Of a DNA stretch of 64,000 nucleotides, positions 31,390-42,700 are shown in pieces. How positions within the stretch are numbered: the stretch's first letter is position 1; each line of letters opens with the position of its first letter. The notes under the pieces are model-generated. The model had not been told where the DNA came from. It saw only the letters and a program-made list of their open reading frames with translations, and did not search any database. The DNA is from Mayamaea pseudoterrestris (Eukaryota): NCBI GenBank assembly GCA_027923505.1, contig BROI01000019.1:248001-312000 (forward strand), in the 5' to 3' direction. Both the position numbers and the translations under genes were made by a program.

Positions 31390-32937
31390 ATGCGGTTGCT
31401 TATGCTCGTGGTGTTGCTGAAGCAGGCGGATGGCTTTGACTTGGCGGGAATGTGCACAATGAAACCATCACGACAAGCCTTCGCATCCATGCGACGATCC
31501 AAGTCGGCTACATTGACGGCTGCAAGTACGACTAGTGATAACGTGCCGGATCCCGATGATGCTAAAGATGACTCAAATTTTTTGGAACAGGCTGACATGA
31601 TGACCGGGTTTTTTGTCGATAATCAAGGTTTTCTCGTTAAGGCAGCAACGGTGAAGGTTAGGCAAGATGCAGTTGCGTATAAAGCCAGATTGGGCGAGCG
31701 AGAGACGACTTCTTCTATATTTTCGGCGTTTAAGGGCGCCGACGAAGTACTTTTGCACGACGAGGAAAAGTTGAAAAATATTGACGAATATACTATGCCT
31801 CCTGCTTTCAATAAGCCGTTTATCCCTCGACGTGTCGAGGAGCGCGCGGACAGATATTCGGAAAACAAAGACGACTACGCTGTGCCTATCGTCATTAATG
31901 GTTTACCTACCTGGTGTCAAGTCAAGGCGCGTGCGAATGAAGCAGTTGGGAATGACGAGAAATCTTCGGGAAACAATGACTACGCTAAGCCTCTCGTGTT
32001 TGATGGTTCATCCATTTCTCGTCAGGTCAAGGAGCTCATGTATTTCGGTGAAGATTTGGACCTGTTGATGATTCACCGTAACACGGGCGGTCGGTCTATC
32101 AGGAAGGGCGACACGCGACTTAGGTACATTGCCGATTACAACAGAAATGAGCCACCGGGAAAACGAGACAGTTTGTTGTATATAATATTGATGTCGCTGT
32201 ACGAAGAAGGTCTCGATCATGTCCTGTTTGACTTTTGTTTGTTCACGGATTTACACGAAATCGTACATTCCGGAAAGGAGGTCATGAATTGGAAACCATT
32301 CTACTTGGACTTGGTGTTGCGCCATGTGCAATACGAGAGCGACGAAGCTCAGTGGACCTCGAAGTCAGTCGTATATATTTTGGAGCGTTTCGTTACTGGA
32401 GTGCGCGACCAGTGGGGCCCTCTCTTCGTCTTGTTCTTACTAGCGCGTGGACTTAACGGAGACGACGATGGTTACTTTCTGCCAGAGGATTGGTTTGCCA
32501 AGAAACCTGAAGTTGAGTTTCATCCAGAACTGGGCAAGTTTTTGGACCTCAAGCCAAACACCAAGGAGACTTGGGAAGATTTCAAGATCGCCTTGAGCGC
32601 TAGTATGAGCACCGACGACCCCACTATTGTCATTGTCTATCCTGAAAGTCGGCGCTTCGGCGCTGATGCCATTATTGCCTACGTGGAGAACAACAAGGTG
32701 TTGCGCAGTCGTGGATTTCAGTTCTACAATGGCAAAATGAAGATGGAAACAAACTTTTGGCATGGGTTTGAAAAGCTGATTGGAATTTCAGGCAACCCTC
32801 CAGTTGATGACGAGCTGTACGTCGACTATTTGACGTGCGTAGCAGGCGAGCAAGCGATTCGAACATTCTTTGGAGATGCAGGCGAAACTTGGTCACCTTT
32901 ACATTGGCAACGCATTTATGATTCCCCTTACCGATAA
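31390..32937 (+). CDS. Hypothetical protein with signal/bipartite-like N-terminus and possible restriction-endonuclease-like C-terminal domain
   Basis: 515-aa intronless ORF; MRLLMLVVLLKQADG|F followed by an S/T/R/K-rich segment; internal 36-aa repeat; YPESRRFGADAII...GFQF. Confidence 0.6.
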   Translation: MRLLMLVVLLKQADGFDLAGMCTMKPSRQAFASMRRSKSATLTAASTTSDNVPDPDDAKDDSNFLEQADMMTGFFVDNQGFLVKAATVKVRQDAVAYKARLGERETTSSIFSAFKGADEVLLHDEEKLKNIDEYTMPPAFNKPFIPRRVEERADRYSENKDDYAVPIVINGLPTWCQVKARANEAVGNDEKSSGNNDYAKPLVFDGSSISRQVKELMYFGEDLDLLMIHRNTGGRSIRKGDTRLRYIADYNRNEPPGKRDSLLYIILMSLYEEGLDHVLFDFCLFTDLHEIVHSGKEVMNWKPFYLDLVLRHVQYESDEAQWTSKSVVYILERFVTGVRDQWGPLFVLFLLARGLNGDDDGYFLPEDWFAKKPEVEFHPELGKFLDLKPNTKETWEDFKIALSASMSTDDPTIVIVYPESRRFGADAIIAYVENNKVLRSRGFQFYNGKMKMETNFWHGFEKLIGISGNPPVDDELYVDYLTCVAGEQAIRTFFGDAGETWSPLHWQRIYDSPYR

Positions 32938-33705
32938 AGATTGCGCGGGCGAAAATATACCGGTACACGAGCGACAAGTGGTACGCCAAAATCGATGACT
33001 TGTGAAGTTGAAGCAGAGCTCTGAGCCGAGCTTATATTAGTTATTGTCATAGAAACTAGCTGACATAGGTAGTGTTTCTTCGCTTCTTAGCGTTATTTGC
33101 TGACTTTCGTTGAAGTCGCAAGGACGGATGAACCTCCTTGAGCCAAAAGACGGGTCGTTCCGCGGGATGTTTGTCTCGCGTGTCATCTTGCTTCAAGAGT
33201 TTTTAATTTGGGTGTACTATAGCAGTGCTATTCTTTGATAAGGAGAGCGAAGTAAAATGCATTAAAAAGAATTTCGTCAAATCATATGACCCTCTCAATT
33301 AGTCCACTTGCTGCTCGCATACAATAGTAAACAGCATATGTGTAATGAAGGCTGTATCATAATATGAGCATCCGATGACAATTTAGGCAACGCTACCTGA
33401 GCGCAAGCTCCAGGTAAGCCTCTGCTACCGTTGCCGGAAGATATGGTACAACAATAATGTTGTCGCCAGATGTTTGACAGTTGTTAGGATAGTGACACAA
33501 TGGTCTGGTGGGCAGCACATAGCTACCCTGCTCATTAGCGTTCTTCGTTAAGGAGCAGGTTAATCCTCTGACAGCCAACGATTTCTTGCGCATTTCATTC
33601 GACTTGGATTTGTTCTTCCAGGAGACGCCTTGCTATTGTGATCGAAACGACGGCTGTAGAGGAACTATAGATTAGATAAGCGTGAAATAACGAATCCACA
33701 TAACC

Positions 33706-36700
33706 ATGGTTGTCATTGAGGACATGAAGATGGAGGAAATGGCAACGCCGACGGAAGCTTCTAGCCGCGAAACGCTCGTCGTTTACCTCATGGCAATTCG
33801 ATCCGCCGCCACTCGATTGGCGACCCGTCCTACCAGCAACGACGGAGTGCAAGACATGGATGTGGAGGAAGCTCAAATGAAAACCGATACTACATTGGAG
33901 GATCCAGCACTAATGATGGAGCAGATTGCCCTCTTGCTCTTGGACGCGAGTCACTTGTCAATATTGTCGGCGCCAATTACCAATCTCCCAGACTTGCCCA
34001 TCATTTGGGGCTCGCACGGCGAAGCAGCCTTTCGCGACTACCTAAATGAAGACTTGCTCTACAAGTACCGGCGCATTGATTACTTGCGCATGCTGCTGCG
34101 AAGCACTGCGCCAATTGCCATTGACTTGGCGGCAAGTATTTGTCACTATGTGCAAAAGCAGTTGGAGCAAGCGAGCGAAGAAAACACGCAGCAATCGAAA
34201 CAAAAGGCAAATACGACACTGGCAGCCTTTGTCTTGTTTTCGCAGTGGCTTCCCTTTGCCTCGCACTTGGTGCCGATTGTTTCTGACTTGTTTGCGCTGC
34301 AAGCCTTTCAGTCGCCATTGATGCTCGTCGAGACCTTGATCCAAACGTCGTCGGCGGCGGCAAGTATGAACGATGACGATTACAATCAACAAGAGCAACT
34401 CGACTATGATTACAAGCATTTGGTCATTGAAGCGGCCTACCATATATGCGAACTGTACAGTGAGCGACGCGAGCACTTCGTCATGAAGGAGTTTTGGCAG
34501 TGGGAATCAGTCTTTGCTTGGTTTGCGAGTGACGGTCCGGCAAGCGACGACGCAGTCATGAGTGACAATGAATTGCAACTAGACAATGAACAAGAGGCTG
34601 GTGACGCTATCAGTAACGGGGGTGAGGATGATATGACAAATGTTGACCCGATTCGGTGGTATGCCGTTCGCGTAGCTGCCCGCGTTTTGAAACTTTCGGC
34701 CAGCGTTTGTTGCAAATATTTCAAGCTGCATAAAGCACACCAAGAGTTTGTTCCAGGCATGATGATACATCCCTTTGATTTAGATCATGAATATTGCCAT
34801 ACACAGTCATTGGCGCTGCGGGGGTTGGCGCAGTTTTGGCGACTTGGTGAACTGACGCTGCCGACGCTGGCAGCGGTAAGAAGATATGTTCCGCTGCATC
34901 ATTGCTTGGTGGATTTGGGCAAGGGCTTGGTATTTTACAAGCATGGAGCAATACGAAACAACTCGTCGCAACATTTATCGGCAGAATCTGGCAAACAACA
35001 ATCAGCATCGCAGAAACGACGATTGGTAATGACGCCAACGACGGCCGACAATTTGTCGAACATTGGCGTCGCCATGTGCCTCAAGGAGCCCCCTCCTATT
35101 TTGGTTTCAGGTCCGCGAGGATCGGGAAAGTCGAGTTTGGTGCGCGAATTGGCCCGGCTATTTTGCAATGACGATGAAACCTACAATCACGATGCTCACT
35201 TGCTTGAGATTCATGTCGACGATGAGACAGACACCAAGACGCTAATCGGATCATACACTACTTCGGACATCCCTGGTGAATTTGAGTGGCGGCCAGGAGC
35301 ATTGACAATTGCTGTGCGGACCGGTCAATGGGTGTTGATGGAGGATATTGACGGCGTACCGCAAGAAATTCAAGCGTCGTTAGTGCAGCTGCTCGAGTCT
35401 CGACTGTTGCCGCTTGGAAATGGAAAGGTAGAGCGATGTCACCCGAATTTTCGATTGTTTGGAACAATAACGCCGTTTTCGGGCAATGCAGATGCTAGTA
35501 GGAGGACGAAGCGCGATCGAACAGTTGGTGGAAAGCGCTTGCTTAATCCAGATTTATGGCGAGTTGTGGACATTCGGCCACTTCCTGCTAGCGAGCTGAA
35601 AAACATATGCGTTGGCTTATATCCAAGCATTCCAGAATCGATTGTTGATTCAGTGATGAAGGTGTTCCAAGCTATAGATCCAAGCGGTCGCGCTCAGATT
35701 TATGAGATAGACGACACGGCCAGTAGGATACGGATTGACCGACCACCTTCCGTCCGAGACTTGTTCAAAGTGTTTTCAAGGATACGGCGTGCCGTTGCTT
35801 TTGAACGATGGACGCAATATGTAACTGAGGCCCAAAGAACACTGTGTTTTGCGGAAGCAGTGGACGTCTTTATTGCTGCATCGCCGGATCCAGAAATGCG
35901 GCGAAATTTTGTCCGGCACATTGCAGCGCCGTCCTTTGCGATCACTGCTGATTTGGGTTTTCGTTACGTGGAGACGAGATGCCCAACTCTTGATGTGCAC
36001 GACACATGTACTGCAATTGGGCGTGTCAACCTAGAAGTGCCGCGAAATGCTTTGCGAAGGGCGCATGCGTCCACGTTTGCGACAACTGAGTACACGTTGC
36101 GGCTTATGGAAGCCATTGGTGTGTGCGTGCAGGAAACTGAACCTGTTCTACTTGTCGGAGAAACTGGCTGCGGGTAAGAACTTTCATATTAGGTTTATGT
36201 GAAGATATTTATCACGTTGCTCATGCTTTCATGGATTATCAGGAAGACAACAGTGCTGCAACAATTGGCTGCCTTGTGCGGGCGTGAGTTGACGGTGCAA
36301 AACTTTTCATTACAGACCGATTCCAACGATATACTTGGTGGTTATCGGCCTTTAGAGTTAAGGCTGATAGCTGCCAAACTATACAATGATTTCGTCGACC
36401 TATTTGTTTCCATATTCAGCCGAAAACAAAATGCTGAGTTCCTTCAGTTTGCTCACGAGGCTTTGAAAAAACAAAATTGGAAGAATTTATCACATTGTTA
36501 TCAAAGAGCCGCAGGACTTGGGATGGGCAAAGTTAGACGTGGTAATGTCGACGCGGCAAATCATGCTCATTTGAACGCCTGGATGGACTTTCATGCGAGA
36601 GTAGAAAAGTTCGAGCAACAGCGTCTTGCAGCTGATGCTGGTCTGGCTTTCGTTTTTACCGAAGGGGCATTGGTTGATGCTGTGCGGACGGGAAAGTGGA

Positions 36701-39700
36701 TTCTACTGGACGAGATAAATCTTGCTTCGAGTGAAAATCTGATGAGAATTTGTGGTCTACTCGACGATCCTTTTGGAAGCTTGACTTTGACGGAGAAGGG
36801 CGACACTGTTCCGCTCGAGCGACACCCTGATTTCAGATTGTTTGCTGCCATGAATCCTGCGACGGACGCTGGGAAGAGGGACCTTAATGCGACAATCCGT
36901 TCACGCTTTACAGAAATATATGTCACCGAGATAATGGATCCAGTTGAGTTACGCACTATATCCGTACGATACATTGCTGACATTTTGCCGAAAACGGAGG
37001 CTCAATTACAGCATAGTGATATGGTTATTGCTATGGTTGATGTTTATTTAAGCTTAAGAAGTCTAGCCGACACGAGTCTGGTTGATGGTAGCGGTCAAAG
37101 ACCACGATATACTTTGCGGACGCTTACGCGAGCCTTGACTGCTGCTCGCGCCCTCGTAAAACATCAAAAGCTCCCTCTAAGGCGAGCAATATATGAAGGC
37201 TTTGAGTTGGCTTTTGAGGGGCCTCTCGATGCAGCATCAACTAAGTCGATGCGAAAAGTTCTTCGAACTGGGTTAAAAGTTGATTTCAACGCCGACCAGG
37301 TTGATCAACCCAGTCGGCGACCTGGAAAAGATGATGAACACGAGTTAATTGCGCCGTTTTGGTTAAAAACGGGCCCACTGGGTCGTGCAGACTGGTCGAC
37401 TATGTCAGCAGTGAGACATCGGATGTTTGTCTTGACGCCGTCGACAAGGGCAAACCTTCGGAGACTTTCGCGTGTCGTGGCTGCTGGGCCTTGGCCTGTC
37501 TTGCTGGAAGGTCCAACAAGTGCAGGGTACGTGATTCTTGCTTGTTCTCTATATAATGGTTTCATTGTGTCTCACACCATCGCTTCTTGCATTTGCATAG
37601 CAAGACGACTCTTATTGAGTACCTAGGCGCTCGTCTTGGTCATCCTGTCACACGTATTAATAATCACGAGCACACTGATGTCCAAGAATATCTGGGTAGT
37701 TTCATTGCGTCGTCTACAGGTTCATTATTGTTTCGAGATGGCTTGCTAGTTCGTGCTTTGCGGCTTGGCGAGTGGGTAATTTTAGATGAGCTCAACTTGG
37801 CGCCCACAGAAGTCTTAGAGGCTTTAAATCGACTACTTGACGACAATAGAGAATTATACATTCCTGAGACGAACGAGGTAATTGTTCCTCATGAAGGTTT
37901 TCGACTTTTTGCGACGCAGAACCCTAGTGGAGCATATGGTGGTCGTAAGCAATTGTCGCGTGCTTTCCGAAACCGGTTTGTTGAGCTTCACATGGGTGAC
38001 ATCGCGTCTTCGGAGATGGCTCAGATTCTTGTCGAAAAGTGCTCATGCGCGCCCTCGCAGGCTGATCTGCTAGTTGCTGTTATGGATCGACTGCGCTTAC
38101 GGCGCAGGAAAAGTGGTGTATTTCTGGGTAAAGATGGCTTTATCACACCCCGAGACTTGTTGCGGTGGGCGAATAGGAAGGCCGCTTCGAAGCATGAGCT
38201 GGCGAGGGAAGGTTATATGCTTCTTGCGGAGCGATTACGTACACTAGACGAAAAGCAATGCGTGAAGGAAGAGATTGAGCGGGTAATGAAAGTGCAAATA
38301 GAGATCGACAAGGTGTACAGCGACAAAACCTCCAAGCCTTATCGGCTCCTTCAAACAACTGTTGAGTCGTCTAATGACGATTTCATCGGCAACATTGCCA
38401 TAACAAAGAGTTTGAAGCGCCTTGTAGCGCTCGTAGCTCGATGTATCGAGCATAATGAGCCCGTGTTGCTTGTTGGAGGTGAGTTTGTGGGAAAGCATTT
38501 ATATACTGTCGTGTAGTTTTGAAGTGACGCAGTTTGCGTGCTCACACTCCGTTTCATCATCTATCAAGATACTGGGTGCGGCAAGACGACAGTCATACAG
38601 TTATTAAGCATCGCTTTTGCCAAAAAACTTCATACTATCTCTTGCCACGCAACTACAGAGACCGCCGACCTTCTTGGTGGTCTTCGTCCTGTTCGGGGTC
38701 GAGCACTTTTGTTTAATCAGATGATTCACAAAGGCAAAAAACTTCTTTCTGTGTTCTCTCCGGATGACGACATAATGACCGAAATTTCTATTCCTTTAAT
38801 TTTAAGACAGGTTGGACAAGTAATTGAAACAAGTGACCAAGCGACAGACTCACAAAGCACTTTAGTACGCGATATTGCTCAGTTCGTGCAGCAGATTACA
38901 GTGTTCCAATCAAGCCGTGGCGGACATCGAGAAAAGAAGCGAATCAAGCTCGATTCTGGGAATGCTTCACCTTCAAGCGAAACGACAGAGATCCGTGGTC
39001 GTGACATGGATACCACGATGGCCATAGTAGATGAAATCCACGAACTTATTAGCCGATACAATTCTCTGTTTGAGTGGTCAGATGGACCTCTTGTCGAAGC
39101 GATGAAACAAGGAGATTTTCTCCTTTTAGATGAGATCTCGCTTGCAGAAGATGCTGTCTTGGAGCGCTTAAATTCCGTTTTGGAACCATCACAATCGCTT
39201 GTCTTAGCCGAAAAAGGAGCTGACGTTTCAGAGAATCCGACAATTACTGCTGTTGTTGGATTTCATGTCTTCGCCACAATGAATCCTGGTGGAGACTTCG
39301 GTAAACGAGAGCTGAGTCCGGCACTTCGCAATCGATTTACAGAAATTTGGGTTCCTTCGATCGATAACTGGTCCGACATTGATATTGTGTTGAAGCAAGC
39401 GCTAAAGTCGGTAGACTCGGAATTTCCACTTGTCCATCCTCACATGCTAGACTATGTCCGGCACTTCAACGACTATCTTTGTGGTCCTCTGCATTTTGCT
39501 TTGGCATTGTCGCTGCGGGACATGCTATCCTGGGCTGGTTTCATGGTTACGACATTGTCTGGAAATGAGAGTCAATTTGGCTGCTGGGATGCGTATCAAC
39601 ATGGCGCATCGATGATGCATTTGGATGGACTCGGCTTGGGCACTGGCATGAGTACTGATGGAGCGGCCGAATTAAAAGGGAAGGCTGAGTCTTATTTACG

Positions 39701-42700
39701 TGATCAGATACAGGCATACGTAAACGGCTTACCAGACGACAAAAGTGGCGCAGTCGGCATAAGTCGTGGTGGCTTTGGGTTGGCGCCGTTTTATGTGAAG
39801 CTTGGTCCGTGCTTACGAGGGACACCCAGCTTTTTGTTTGAAACGCCGACAACCTCTGCGAACTGCCTCAGAATTTTAAGAGCGCTACAGCTGCCAAAAC
39901 CTATTTTGCTTGAAGGAAGCCCCGGCGTTGGCAAGACCACAATCGTGCATGCCCTTGCTGCTGCATCTGGCCATAGGCTCGTGAGGATCAACCTCTCAGA
40001 GCAAACGGATTTGGCCGACTTAATTGGGCAAGATCTTCCTTCGCCCGCTGCAGAAGAAGAAACTAGCATGCTTTCTTTCCAGTGGTTCGACGGTGTTTTA
40101 CTGGCCGCGATCAAAGCCGGTGACTGGGTTCTGCTCGATGAAATTAATCTTGCCCAGCAGGCCGTTTTGGAAGGTTTGAACAGTTGTCTTGATCACAGAG
40201 CCAGCATATTCATACCTGAACTTGGCCGCGAAATTGCATGCCCTACGACCTTCCGAGTGTTTGCAGCGCAAAACCCTGTCGCTCAAGGTGGTGGTCGAAA
40301 GGGATTGCCGAAGTCGTTTTTAAATCGGTTTACGAAAGTTTACATGGACCAATTGACAGATGACGACATGAGACAAATTGCAATATCAAAATTTCCTTGC
40401 ATTGGCACTGCTGTTCTCAATAAGATGATAAAATTTGGGAATCATGTACATGGCGCTGTCGAAGCACGAGTCATCGGCCAGCTTGGTTCGCCCTGGGAAG
40501 TCAACCTCAGAGACCTTTTTCGATGGGGAGAGCTGCTCTCTGATGTTTCATGTGCCAATGAGTCGGATTGTACGCGCTTCGCCTGGGAGCTATACATCCA
40601 TCGTTTCCGGACAAGGCAGGATCGAGATTTCATTTCTTCGCGGTATAAATCTGTCTTTGGTAATGACATTATACGGGAAGTTCCGATGATAGAAATAACT
40701 GCATCACATGTATCAGTCGGATCATCGAAGTTAAATCGAAACGCTGACCAGGCGATTCGCTTAGATTCCGATGCCCCTGACGCACAAATTCCATACATCA
40801 TTAGAGACTCCCTTGAGGCTGCAGCTCGTTGCGTGCTTATGGACTGGCCATGCCTTCTAATCTCAAGCCATGAGCGTCGTGCATCAAATATAGTCAATTC
40901 ACTTGCTGCTTTTACCGGATGCACGGTTGTTGAAGTGGCTTTGAGCTCATCGTCGGATATATCGGAGCTAATTGGCGGTTTTGAGCAAGTTGTTGAGACC
41001 ACCCAGGTAAGGGACATGCTTATTACAGCACGTCGTTTAGCTTATGAATACATGCTGACTGTGAGTTCTGCTCAAGTTGGCTGGCTTCTGTCGAAAGTGA
41101 GTCTCGATGCAAGCGACGCCACTATTGATGCGGCAATTGAACTGGTTGCCATTCTTTTTCGCAATAAATCTATAGCCAAGTCGAATGGTGTCGAGCTAAA
41201 AAGAATCGAGCATTCGTTGAAGGCATTCCGACAACGAACTCTCCAACGGTGTACGTCAAAGGGTGTCTTTTCGTGGACTGATGGACCACTCACGCGTGCT
41301 ATGATTGATGGGCATTGGATTCATTTAAGAGGCTCTAATCTCTGTCCGGCTACGGTCCTTGATCGCCTTAACTCAATATGCGAACCCGATGGTAGTCTGC
41401 TTGTTGCCGAATGTGGAAGCGAACGAATTATCAAACGGCATGCCAGATTTCGAGTGTTCCTCTCGTACAATCCGGATGCGGGCGAAATTTCAAAAGCCAT
41501 GCGAAATCGCTGCGTTGAGCTGTTTCTGGACATCGAGCCAAATCCTTGCCTTGTTGATGTTTATGACCGCATTTGGCATTCAGGCCTCCGCGATAACGCT
41601 GCCGTGTCCGCACTTGTGGATAATTATAAATCGTTTGAACCTTCACAGGAGCCCGCTGACTACATTAATGATGTGGGTCTCGTGGCTGCATTCTTTTGCG
41701 AACGAGGATGTGGACCAGACGCACATGTCCAATTATCTTCGCTCCCTCAAAGACCTATAGGTAGTGGTGGATGCAATTCATTGGCCTCGGCAACTTCATT
41801 GCTTCGGTTTCCATCAGTTGCGAGGGTACTTGAGGATGCCCGGCTTATTCGGTATCTCGCTACGTGGGCTGGCGAACTTCCACAGTTGCATCCATTAGAT
41901 ACGAAACGATTTGACGCTCTCGGTTACAAAACTGCACGATGTCCGCTTGGCGAATTGTATGACCGCATTTCTCCTTTGTTGCCTGCAGATTTAGACGTCT
42001 TGCTGCTTAGGGATATTTTGCTGCTCCTGATGGTGGGCCGCAGCTCGCTAAATGATGTTCAGACAAAGGCACTGATGCTGGGTAGCATTCAGTCCGCTTT
42101 TGGCGGTGTAGCCTCTTTTCTCACTAGTCAAGCCGTCCGGATTTCGGCAACTGCGACGGATGGAGTTGTTGGGAGTAAAGTTGATAATCAATATATCCTG
42201 ACCAGAACAATATTGAGTTCACTGGAGCAGCAGCTTGAAACGTTGCGATTTCACCGTCTGCCACAGCAGGCACTGGAAGCAAGGGATACCGAGTGCATAA
42301 TTCATTTGCCGTTGCAGAAAATTAACCAAATGAGCGTACTGAGTGCTTCTATTTTGATTTCTCGTGGGGCACTTGATAAAAGTGTTTTGGGATGCTCGCT
42401 CACGGCTTTGTACTATCCGTTTCTCAAGGCCTTTGACGAGGCAATGAGTTTATTAAAAATTGGTGCACTGGGAGAGAAGCAATTGCAAAAGATTCAAAAT
42501 TTATTCTCCCAGAGAGATCAGCTTTGGCATGTTGGAAAGGATACTCTCATCGACCAGTCCAGGCCGGGTATGTTTCTGTTCGACGAGGCGGAGATAGTGC
42601 TACAATGGACCGCTTGCCGGAGATATCTCCAAAGTTTTGGATTGTTAGTAAATTTGGAATTTCGTGACGATGAGAAAAAATGGAATCGGCTGGAAACGAT

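Noticed and set aside
33000..33600. Possible snRNA/snoRNA upstream of midasin
   Set aside because: Only fragmentary resemblance to U2/U4/Sm motifs with no coherent box or stem arrangement. An Infernal/Rfam scan would settle it.
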